DNA of 64,000 nucleotides from Perkinsus olseni (Eukaryota): NCBI GenBank assembly GCA_013115125.1, contig JABANN010000058.1, positions 1 to 64,000 of the forward strand, read 5' to 3'. Shown piece by piece: positions 50,841 to 61,673 of this stretch (position 1 is its first letter; each line of letters starts with the position of its first letter). The notes under the pieces were generated by a model. It saw only the letters and a program-made list of their open reading frames with translations, ran no database searches and was not told where the DNA came from. The position numbers and the translations under genes were made by a program.

Positions 50841-51536
50841 CAGTACTAGGTGGTAGACCACTTTTCCGCACGAGACCCGAAAAATGCCGAAAAGAAATAT
50901 AATAAAAAATGAAAGGAATAGAGCGCTTCGCGCTCTATTCCTTTCTTCTTAAATTTCCTTTTGATCTTTAATATTCGCCGACTTATCGCGAAAAAACTGT
51001 TCTGACAGGGGGCTGGACCACCTGGTCTACGCTCGAAGGAAATTTTTTTCCTTGTTCTTGCTTTGTTCTAGCAAATTTTTTTACGTAATGAAATAGAGAA
51101 TGAAATTCTCTATCGAATTCATTCAACAAACTTCCCGGAAAACGCTCTGAACAAGTAAAAACAATGTTGTCAAATTTGCGTTGATCGTGGACCCGTTGGT
51201 CTACCCTTGATCGAAATTTTTCGCCCGACTCTCTGTCTCCTAGGTTATTTTTTCCTTGGAAAAGGAATGAAGCATATTCGAATCTACGGGTTGACCACCA
51301 GAGGCATTCCCTTAGGTCGGCGTAGGATCAGTATTCGACCGAAATAGTCAAAGCGCGACGCGTGCTGTGTGACGCCGCGTCACGCCGGAAACTATCCTGA
51401 GCGCTAGGTGATTTCGAGGCGAGCCAAACAAGTGCTACTCGAGAGTCGATTGGCCTTCCTTCCTCTTCACGAAAATGTTTTCATTTGAAGTAACGTAGAG
51501 CTCTGACTCAGTTATTTAAAATAAGCATTACGCCTT

Positions 51537-54500
51537 ATGCCCCGTGGTCGTCGCTCTAAGGCGCAACTCGCCGCAGAAGCAAAGGAAGCTCTGCGCGGTC
51601 AACGAGACCCATTCATGAGAGCTATAGAGCCGTCACAAGGCCACCAGCGTGTTGGCAATGGACCAAAGCACAGCTCGAGTAAGTTGGATTCTACTGGGGA
51701 CCAGTCCGCAGGTCCCTGCCGAGTCCAGGAAGTTGTTAAGACTCGCGAGCCGCAGGAAGAGCATGCTGGCTCATCGGCCGAGGCGGGAGTCCATCTGGAT
51801 ATTGAACATGCCGAGGAGGCGGGCAAAGCATCAGAAACGCTCCAAGACAAACCGTGGGACCCGGTAAGATGCTCGACTTGGCAAGTAGGGTTTGGGCAGC
51901 ACCGGGAGATCACGTACGCTGAGTTCTATGAGCGCTTTCCACTCAAGGTGGGGTCGTACTTTTTGTACTTGGGTAAGAAGAGGGATTCGCAGCACGGGCC
52001 ATTAACCAAAACTCAGAGGAAATTTCTACGATGGTGCCAATGGAAGCTACGCAGTGCAGCGAATATTGAAGCTGAATTGGCGCGACTTGCGATTCGCGAC
52101 AATAAGATTCGCAAAAGTCTTCTGGAAGCCGACGACCTCTACGCAGAGTCAAAGCCTCAAAGTATCGAACAGAGTGTTCCTAGACGGGACTCGAGTGCCA
52201 AGAATGATAAAGCATCGGAAGAAAGTTCAGGAAGTTCCCCACCTGCCAAGCAGACTCAACCGCACAGACCTCAACCGGAAACGGGTGCTTCAAGCCGGAG
52301 CACGACAGTCAGGGGAAAGAGCAAAGGATCCACGGCGCTGTCACGATGTTTGTGGAGCGCCCTCGAAGACCCGGCTCTTCCGCCGTTCCCCTTCGGTGAA
52401 GGAGAGAAACGGTGGGCCGGAACGAGCGGAGCTCAGGAGGCTTGGATACGAGCTGTCGTCGAAGATCTGTCGGACGATCATCCAGGTGGCTGGTTTTACC
52501 CTCCGGATGGTGCGCAGGACGTAACCCCTAATATCCGCAAGTACCAATTATGGCCGTTCTTCTTTTGGAGACCTCAGAACACTAGTTGGGCAAGGCTAAG
52601 ATCCCCTGATGACCCTTCCGCCGCTCTTCCATGTATCAAAGACCATAGGCACACTGTGAGACGTGCAGGCTTCATGAGCCAAGGCCCTCGAAAGGTTGTG
52701 GCGAGGAAAGGCATTTGCTATGTTCTGGGAGAGCGATTCCGCTGCACAACTTGCCTTGGGGGATCTGAAGAGTCCGAAATTAACCACGATGAAGATAACC
52801 CTGGTGATGCCAAGGTCGGGAGCCGACAGAAGAAGAAACAGGCCTTGAGATTCAGCTCGCTGCATCCAGACTTTTTGAGCAAGCTGCCACCGGATCTCAT
52901 ATCGCAGATACCGGCATTCTTCACGTATCGTAAGGCCATCGCGCTTGATGTACTGTCGGATCTACGCACATTGTCAGTGAGTGGGAGCGCGTCAGTGTGC
53001 TCTGCTCGTCTGCTCGAAACACAACAAACTGCCTACTTCCGTCGTAGGGCTCAGTATGAACTCCATTGCAAGGAGTGGGAAGAAGCATCGAGCAAAGGAC
53101 GCCACTCTCCTTTCACGTGTGTGAAGAGGGTTCCTCCAGCCGGAGGGTTCCCCAATTTCGGCAGCATGGATCACCGGGATGGGTGGAATGTTGCGGCCTC
53201 CGATCGCTCACGTGAATACTTGATGGCCGTGTATGTCCAAGACTTCGTGATCCGTCAACCTACTCTCGCGCAAGAACTGAAAAGCCTGTCGGGTCGGATC
53301 TTGAAGGCCGATCACACACGGCCATTAGCCGGGAAAGTGAGCTCGGAAGTGGGGGTCAAGTGGAGCTACTCCGTGATGAACGAGTACGGGGAAATCCTGT
53401 GCCACGCATTCACGGAGACAGACTCTGACTCCCAAGTCCAACACCTGTATGCGGGACTCAGAGCCCGCTTCGATTCCCTGAACGTTCATCATCCACGACT
53501 CATCTTTGTGGATAAGCAGTGTTGTGGTTCCACAAAAGAGATGATCCAAAGGTACTTTCCCGCTATTCAGGTAATTCAACTGCAGAATCACAACGGAAAT
53601 ATCTGCAAGTTCAGGTGAGATTGGATATCTTCCATCTACTGTGGCGCTTTTCCAAAAGTTGTAGTCGGAGTTCTCATCCTGGTCACGCTGGATTCATGAA
53701 GGAGCTCTCCCAGGTAAGACTTTCAGCAAGAACCACGATTATCGATAGTGATTACGATCATCAGTGAGAACCACGATTATCGATAGTGATTACGATCATC
53801 AGTAAGAACCACGATTATCGATAGTGATTACGATCATCACTGATACTATCAGTCTGATAGTAAATAAGTTCACCAATAAGTGTCACAATCATCGAGAGTG
53901 TATACCGTATACAGTATACGGCAGCATTCGTCAGGCGGTATTCAAGGTGAACGAGAACGATATGAAGCTTCTCATCGAAGCTATCATGGTTGCCTTTGGC
54001 CTTCAAGACCCTTCCGATGCTGTGGCGAAGCTTAAGGAGACACCTTCGTGGCTCTACAAGTATGTTCGCCGCCAAGTACCCGCGAAGGAGGAGCTAGAGG
54101 AGAGGATAATGGCTGTCGTCGACGCGGCTAGGAATGTCGCATGGGAAGGGGAATTGCTACTCCCACCGGGCCCTGAAGGGTTCGATCGGTGCCTCGCGAA
54201 TCAGGTAGTGTAGTAGTGGGACACCCATCACTCAAGTTCGAAAAATCACCGCGGGAAATATCTTCTTCCTCAGCTGCATCACGTACGAATGGGATGTGTA
54301 AGCGATGTCGACGACGCCCTGTACGAGGAACTAGGTATTGTGCACTTCCAAGGAAAAAAGGAGGCGCCGTTGATGGCATACAAGTGCTACAGGAGCAGCA
54401 GTCAGCTTGAGGGTATACATGGCTGGCAAGCCTCTTACTTGAGCGGCACCAATGTGGGGCCGCTTGCTACCCAAGCGCTGGTGACCGACGGTATCATGAG

Positions 54501-56038
54501 GTATAATCGCAATGTTCGACGGAAGTCTGATGGGCACAAAGCAGTATTCCCATTATACGACAATAGCCTACTGCTGAGACTGAGAAGTTCATCAGATGGC
54601 CAGCTTTATCCCAACTTGGTGATGAATGCTGCTGATACCGGTGAGTGATTCACCACCGTGCGTCCCTCACCTATTAGAAGCCCTTATCTTTTCATGTACT
54701 AGGAATTCTAGTCTAGAATGCATTCTTGTATCAGGTGAAACATTTGGATTGGAATATACAGCAGCTATTCGGCGCGAAATGATTGAGATCGAAGTTGGGG
54801 AAATGTCGAAAGAAAGTCCAGCCGAAACAGTAGCAGATAGCGAAGACATCCACCGTTTTGAGGCCGACGCCATGGCGTGGAGCATCGACCGTGTCTTGGA
54901 GATATTGGAACAGGAACATTCGGTCCAAGATATCCAGCGATCCGAGCGCCACTCGAGTGCGACCCGAGCACAAAGCACGTCTCGCCGCATCTCGAAATTG
55001 CGGATGTTCGGACGCAACTCGAATTTCCTGCAGAAAGCAAGGCCCGAGAGTTTCACACTGCTGATGAAACAGAAACTCGACGACTTGGCTTCTGCTATCG
55101 GTGAACAGGATGTCGATGAAATCCACCGACAGTATTACCGCTGGTTTCTGGAACAGAAGCTCGACGACCCCAATGTACCGATCCTAGACACTTCAAGGTT
55201 TCACGTCGAAGCCTACCTCACAAGGAAAAAATGGCTCTAGCTGGAGCTACAGCAGCAGTCCCCGATGTCGTGACAGCAGCAAGACGTACTCGGATGGCGA
55301 ATGTGCTAGCTTCTGGGCCGAAGGCAGTCACTCCAGCCGTGTCCAGCCAGCGTGAGGCACCCAGGCAAAGGCCGAGACCCGATATCGAGCCAGGGCCTCC
55401 ACGTCTCCCGGAAAAGGATGAATTCTCCCCGACGGAAGTTACAGGGATTCGCTGTGGCCTGTGTAACGAAGTGCGTAAAGGTAGCACGAATCTTCGTTAG
55501 CGAATGCTCCGAGGGTTGCTGGCAAGGTACTCACTGTCGACCCAACGTGATCTTTGAGGGGAAGTCTTACGTGGGGCCGTGGTATTGCCCAAGATTTGAT
55601 GGTCCTTTGGACGAGTGGAAGGCGACCAAACAGATGGAAGAATTCCTACGTATCAGGAAGGCGAAGGAGGAAGGTCAACGGAACCGTGGTCGCGCGAAGC
55701 CCAAGTCCAGACCCGTCTCGAAAAAGAAGGGAAACCCCAGCGTTCGTCTCCAAAAAGGACGTGGAGTTTCTGACAGTAAATCTGCTGGTGACCTCAATGA
55801 AGAGGAAGCACCGCAGATTCCGAAACAGTCGGTACCTTGTAAACGGGCAACTCCCCAACGAGAGGCTGAAGAAGATCGAAGCAAGCGCCCCCGATGCACT
55901 TCGTGTAACAGAGAGAAAACTGCACAAACAGGGCATAGGAAGCCATGGATCAATGGTAGATCTGCTGGTTGGTATTGCCCTATAGTAGATGGAGACTTCG
56001 ACCAGTGGTTGGACGCCAGAAAGACAGTATGCAAGTGA
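51537..56038 (+). CDS. Dada-type DDE transposase, six exons, one frameshift near 55230
   Basis: PFFFWRP..C..H..G..PRKV..CYVLGERFRCTTC..LP..IPAFFT N-terminal region. Core ILKADHT, NEYGEI, IFVDKQCC, VRLDIFH (DxxH) and RSSSQLEGIH (putative E). Two C-terminal CxxC..H..WYCP..W fingers. Introns at about 53571-53614, 53714-53934, 54205-54273, 54641-54734 and 55481-55526. Confidence 0.82.
53729..53839. repeat. 38-bp tandem repeat (about 2.9 copies) in transposase intron 2
   Basis: AGAACCACGATTATCGATAGTGATTACGATCATCAGT(G/A) units start at 53729, 53767 and 53805. Confidence 0.92.
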
Positions 56039-56661
56039 TATGCTCGGTTGTGAATTAGTCATTTCCGTTGCCTTGGGTCTTAGTGCGCTATAGAGGCTTG
56101 CGCATCGGGTACTTCGAACCGAGCACACAACGCTTCGCGATTCACAGTCGGAGCATACAAGCATGGGGGCATGATAACACATCTTCGCATTGCTCTCCGC
56201 CTGTTTTAATCGTGAGCGACCTGCTCGAAAGGTCTCGGAGAGGTCGAGTGCAACCGAGAGACCTGTCATGACACCGTTATCTTGCGTCATTCTTTACCCT
56301 GAAACGGATCACGAGCATACCACGAGCATCGCAGTCCTGCCCGGGGAATTCTTAGGGAGATTCACGCAAATGTTCTTTCTCTTTTTCGCGGTTTGGCCCT
56401 CGCCTATGCTTTTTTTTCTTTTTTTAAGTTATTTAAAAAATTTTTTCGCGCCTTCGGCGCGAATATCACACTATATCGCACAGCCCTCTCGCCACCCAAG
56501 CGCAGTTCTAGGTGGTAGACCTCAAAGCCACCACGACTTCCTAGACAGAGGTTTCGGGGCTTCAGTATCTGTCGCCGCAAGCCGCGCGCACCGGAAGATG
56601 TGGTAGCAACCCCAACTCGGCTCGCCTTGCCAACTAAGGCATATTTCGAATGACGATGCAA

Positions 56662-56735
56662 TACTGGAACCGAGAATCGAACTCGGGACCTACTGCGTGT
56701 TAGGCAGTCGTCATAACCAACTAGACCATTCCAGC
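56662..56735 (-). tRNA. tRNA-Val (AAC)
   Basis: GCTGGAA TG GTC TAGTTGGTTAT GAC G ACTGC CTAACAC GCAGT AGGTC CCGAG TTCGATT CTCGG TTCCAGT A folds as a full cloverleaf. No oligo-T terminator directly downstream. Confidence 0.85.
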
Positions 56736-57347
56736 GAGCTGACAAAGTGCGCCATTCCATGGTCTCGGTGAGTTCCGTGGCCCGAAAAGTCTGTCTACCA
56801 CATAGGCCGTGGTGTGGATTATTGAGGAATCAACTTTTCGCTCTAGTGATCCTCACGTGTAACTCCTTTACATATGTAATCGAACTTGGTCGACTGGGTA
56901 GTGTGGAGAGGACCTGAGGCTTGAAGGTCTCCATCCAAAGCCTCGGTCACGGGACAGGAACCCGGCTAACTGGTACACCGTTCACACGGGTCCGTCCCGT
57001 CACCCAGCCAACTAGAAGAAAATCTTGCTTATCACCCCGATCTTTTGGTGTAAGACCTCTAAACTCCTGCAACACTCACCGCGCATCCAGTCTCGCTCGC
57101 CCGGTCGAATAACTTTCGCTTCAGTTGACCCTAGCCTCTAGCGAGACTCTCCAGGAAAACTCTTTTCTCGAACTTGGAACCTCGAAGTTCACCAACATGC
57201 TCGTCGAAGCTGCCAAGGCTGGGGGCGTCACTCCCTCCATCTCAAGATGGTCACCCTCACCATGTTTGTCTTGCTTACGATTTGAGCGGCTCTGCAGTCT
57301 TTGCGTGAGCCGATTAATCCCACCCAATCCACTAACCGAGACTACGG

Positions 57348-57700
57348 GTGAGCCTAGACCTACCTGATCACTCAGGTGTAGGCCCTCGCTGGGCTGGCCG
57401 CTGCACGCGTGGGGTTGTGTACCCGCTTTGCGCAGCCAAACGCGTGAGCTATTGGCGTAAGGTCGCAGGGAGGGCAGTCGGTGTCTCCCCTTCTTGCCCT
57501 CATTGCCTTCAGGTCCGTCGTGGCCGCCGCCCCGACTCCCGATCTCCGTAGTCAGAGGTTTCAGGAGGAGGAAAAACGTGGCACATCCCCGAATGGTTGA
57601 AGCTATCAGAGTACAGCTCGGGTCCCAAGCCCTTGGAGCTGGGGCTATCGTCGGTGAGGGAAAGCTCGATGTATTGATTCAATACTATTGACGCACTCTT
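57348..57700 (+). mobile_element. Possible decayed LTR-retrotransposon integrase zinc-binding remnant
   Basis: DHSGVG...YWRKV....VSPSCPHCLQVR resembles an H..G...C..CQ integrase motif. No intact DDE core seen. Confidence 0.35.
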
Positions 57701-58933
57701 TTGACTATCCCGTATCGGCCCGAGGTGGCTCTCTGCAGAGTGTCGGGGAACCGACGCGGCCAAGAGAGGATAGGATGCATTCCGCGATCTTGCCGACTGG
57801 GTGGGGAAATACACTGGCGAGGAGTACGACATGACTGGAAGCGACGAGCAGTGCAAGCTGTCGGTTGAGACTCTCAACCAACAGCTTAAACTTCTCTCAA
57901 CTTGCTGAACACTCAAATTGAGAGGACTCGAGCCCCTAGGGACAGAGCGCCTCCGTCCCAGATCTAGTGCTCAAGAAGCGCGAGAGGGACGTACAAGAGT
58001 GGAAAACGAGGAGCTCTTCTTCCACCTCGACACGAGGTGCCACCTCGGAGTTGGAGGTTCCACCTCCGGCGTCCCATGGAGGAACGCTACATCAAGTCGG
58101 ATCCAGTGGCAGTAGGGTACGCCGCTCACTGGTCTGGGTGTCGCGCCCTCTCACCCCAACTAATCGCGGAGGCCGGACGACTGTCTCGTCGAAAAACGAT
58201 CGAGTGACTGATCGTTCGAGTGACTGTTGACTCCGGCACAAGTCAGTCTCAAACCAAAACGAGCCTTGTAGGATGAGGGAGGTTCAGGAAAAGTGCCACA
58301 ATTGTCACAGTGAATACAGAAATCGACGACAGTTACAGTATCTTATTCCAAGAGATCAAGCATCCCGAACACTCAATTTTTTCGGTTGTTGGTGCCTTCG
58401 CCATTCTCGTAGCCGTGTCTTTGCGGGGGAGAGGCGATGGTTGGCATATACTCTTGAAGCGTCTCACGCAACTGAAGAACGGATTGGCACTTCACAACGC
58501 TTCTGAGGAGCAAGTAGCTTCATTACCTGCTCGCGGAGTTCATCGGTTGTAAAGTCCTCCGGCGAAGTCGCGAATACTGCCCGGAAGAGGTTATTGAGCC
58601 CTTCTCGCCGTCTAATAAAGGAGCACAACGATGATTCCCCCAACCACTCCACGGCTTAGGGTGGATCGCCGCGTTCTGTCGCCACTATCTTTGAACTCAC
58701 TTCTCCACTGCCTCTTCTTTCAAGCTGAAAATTACAACGAATGCCGGTATTATGTCGTGAATGGCAAGCAGCTCTCTGGGTATCTCGTCTAATGGACGGG
58801 ATGGCACAGGGGGAATACCACCCGAAAGCGAATCGTACCTATACGAACACACGGACACGAGGATGCAGTAAGCCTAGCAGTCAGAGCTGTAGCAAATGCA
58901 ACTCAATTTCATGAGAAGCGTTTGTTCTGTGTC

Positions 58934-60952
58934 TCACCAGCTCCCTTCCTCTCTGAGGGGTTTGTCGTAGGGCGCAGGTATATCCTCCAGTTTGGGATCG
59001 GCACTTTCATCCACCTTGAGCGCGGGCCATATCCGCTTGAACGCGTCTGCTTCTTTTGAGTCATCGCTCAGAGATAGCTTGCTAAGGACATCCTCAATTG
59101 AAAGCAGACCATCACCATCAGAATCCAAGCCGTGCAACAACTTGACCTGAAAGGCGAACCGTCGACTCCACCGGACACCTAAACCGTCAAGAGCGTTCAC
59201 CCAATGATCAACATAGTGCATGCTGACGCCGAACTCCTCGTAGACTTGCTTCATCATGATACGATGCTGATGTACCCGCATGAAGTTGTCCCGGCACACT
59301 ATGCGCAGGAGCTCATCCTCGAAGACGTATGGTACGGGTTGCCGATGCAAGGTGGTGCACATCAGGGTACGGACCTGATCAGCGGAGACGCCACATCCTG
59401 CTGAGAATGAGTCACATCTTGACGCCGCACATTTTGAGCGTAGAGAGCAGGGTCCTCAATCTCGGCTTCTGTAGGAGTGTATACGGGCATGAAACGGACA
59501 GTGTGGAAGTTAACGAATTGGCAACAGCTCCAGTAGAAGACCCAAGCCATGTTCTTCAGGGCGAAGATGTCGTTAAACCGTGCAGGATACTCCAGCCCCA
59601 CCGGCTGTATCTGAAACAAGGGGCAGTGTATCGCGAAGACCGTAGGCTGGTGCGCATCATCGGAGAACATGGACTCACCGGCACGCCACAGTCGAAAGCT
59701 CCCTCTTTGAAAGCCGAGAGTTGGCGTCCGTTGTTGCCTAGAAGGGCGATGCGCTGGGAAAGGATCGAGGGCTCATGAGCCTACATGTAGCCGTCGGGAA
59801 CACTATCATTGGCGGGTATCTCGCATCGAGCGCTCGAGCTCTCATATTCCTCTTCGCCGCGCTCCGGGCTTCTGGACCTGAAGAAATAATCTACTCCGGG
59901 CTCACGAGCGCGGTTAGAAAGGATGCGCAGTCACACAAGGCTGTGGCCACAGACCGGAGAAACCTAGCGAGCCGCCGAGTAAAATGACGATAAACGAGGA
60001 TCGTCCTACACCGGCGATCAATAGGCATTGCGTTGAGAGACCTCAGGAAGCTTCCCATCATTGGGGCTTTGAAAAGATCGGCCTTTGCAGCCTCGCAGCA
60101 GCCGGTGTATATCCTAAGGGCAAGATCGATGTCTACGCCAACCCTCCCTGCGCTCGCCCACATGAGATAGATGGTGTCCCAAATTGAGTGATGAGTGCTG
60201 ATGATGATCCTGGCCCTAGGGTCGTATGACCCTTCCACATGGACCCAGTAGAAGCCCGCCAGGAACATTATCCACCGCATTCCGATACGCATCAAGAATA
60301 CCTGAAAGCCGTCCGTCACTGAAGCCAACCCCACAGCGTCGGGCATGCAGTGACCTACTATGAATCGCCTCCACCTGCTGTTGATAGGAGGCTGCAGTAC
60401 CATCGCGTCATCGATTGGCGGTAAGCCAAGAGAAGCTATCTCGGCCAGACAGACCCCAATACAGAGGAGAAAAACCTGAGCACGATCGTGATTGCGGGTT
60501 ATCGCGCGTGAGACCTACGATTATGAAAATTCGGAGAGGGGCTATCAAAGTGATGGTGAAAAAGAATACTTTAATCTTCTCGTAACTGACCAGCAGTAAT
60601 TGTATGCGTGAATTTCAGGCCGCAAATATTACGTCGAATACTCCGTTAATGGCAGGAAGGCGTTGGTGTACCGCGGCCTCGTATTGAACTCGAGCGGATC
60701 CTGAGAGGAGACATCATGCGGTAGCTGCCGCTCACCGTGGTCCAGAACAGGACACTGGAGACGCACTACCATCATAATACTAACATTGTAGCACACGCAT
60801 GCTAGAAAAGTAGTACTACGTAACGACCCTAGCGCGGTACTCGAAGCACGACTTACATTCAGCCGGTGCTGCTGAAAACCATTCTCCCGTTCTTCTGACC
60901 TCAGTATCCCACTTTCGCCGTTGGTGGAAGAAGACGCAGCGGGCGTCAGCAT
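58934..60952 (-). CDS. Lysophospholipid acyltransferase (LPCAT-like, PlsC domain plus EF-hand), copy 1
   Basis: ISTHHSIWDT (HxxxxD), PPMIVFP, SAFKEGAF, FVNFHTVRFMPVYTPT..E..DPALYAQNVR, EF-hand DSDGDGLLSIED. Many introns. Confidence 0.88.
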
Positions 60953-61673
60953 CAGGAAGAAATTACAAACGACTCCGCGAGAAATTCCGCGGCTTCGACC
61001 ACAACGCGACTGAGGCATAGGTAATGCGCACGCAGCGTGTAAGGGGTTGAATGTTTGACAATGAGGAAAAATGTTCGTCAAAGGAACGAAAAATGACTAC
61101 ACAGCGCGCGAGTGGTTTCTCGACACATCGCCACGGAATCAACCGATCGGGCCTTCCGCCTTCGGGCTCGTAACGGTGCCCTCGTCGGTTGAGGTCCCCG
61201 CTGTGCTCGACGGAGTGTCCACAGTCGAGATGGTGTTTCGCCTTTGCAAGGGAGGATTGAACAGATCTGGTAAATATCTGGTAAGCTGTCCGCATACCTG
61301 AAAATCACCGAATCTCTGAGCTGCCTGGGGCATCCTGCTGGACTCGTTCGCTAGCCCTACTGCTGTGGCAAGTTCCGTCTCATCGAGCACAGCTGTGGGG
61401 ACAGGAAAATCGAATGCCGAATAGAGGAGCTCCAGCGAGTGGCGGTGACTGGAAACAGAGAAACTGAAGATCGTCAGTGGTGCCTCAAAGCCCTACCGAG
61501 GCCTTGACATGGCGGCGTTATATAGAACAAGTAGCATAGGGACGATCTCATGCACTGCCAATGCGCTGGCAGGCAATGCATCTTTGGGCCGCTGAGGCAC
61601 AGCAGGGACTCCTCCCGCTATCCTAGAGTACCTACCGCAAGATCGCTAAAACGGAATATCCCCATGACCCGAA

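Larger units (their letters stand above)
50823..56521 (+). mobile_element. Dada-like DNA transposon bounded by a 37-bp direct repeat; true right end may extend to 56805
   Basis: CCTCTCGCCACCCAAGCGCAGT(A/T)CTAGGTGGTAGACC at 50823-50859 and 56485-56521 (36/37 identical). AT-rich subterminal regions with hairpins. Encloses a spliced DDE transposase. Confidence 0.8.

Noticed and set aside
50846-50858. Micro-inversion of the tRNA D-loop (TAGGTGGTA versus TACCACCTA)
   Set aside because: Spacing fits, but the same motif recurs internally and inverted at 56793, so an element-end motif is the simpler reading. Not fully excluded.
53729-53839. 38-bp repeats as a CRISPR array
   Set aside because: Units are directly adjacent with no spacers, lie in a spliceosomal intron, and no cas genes are present.
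55222-55240. Perkinsus mitochondrial-type AGG frameshifting in the transposase
   Set aside because: That recoding is known from mitochondrial genes. This is a nuclear spliced gene with other in-frame AGG codons, and the site is not a canonical slippery heptamer.
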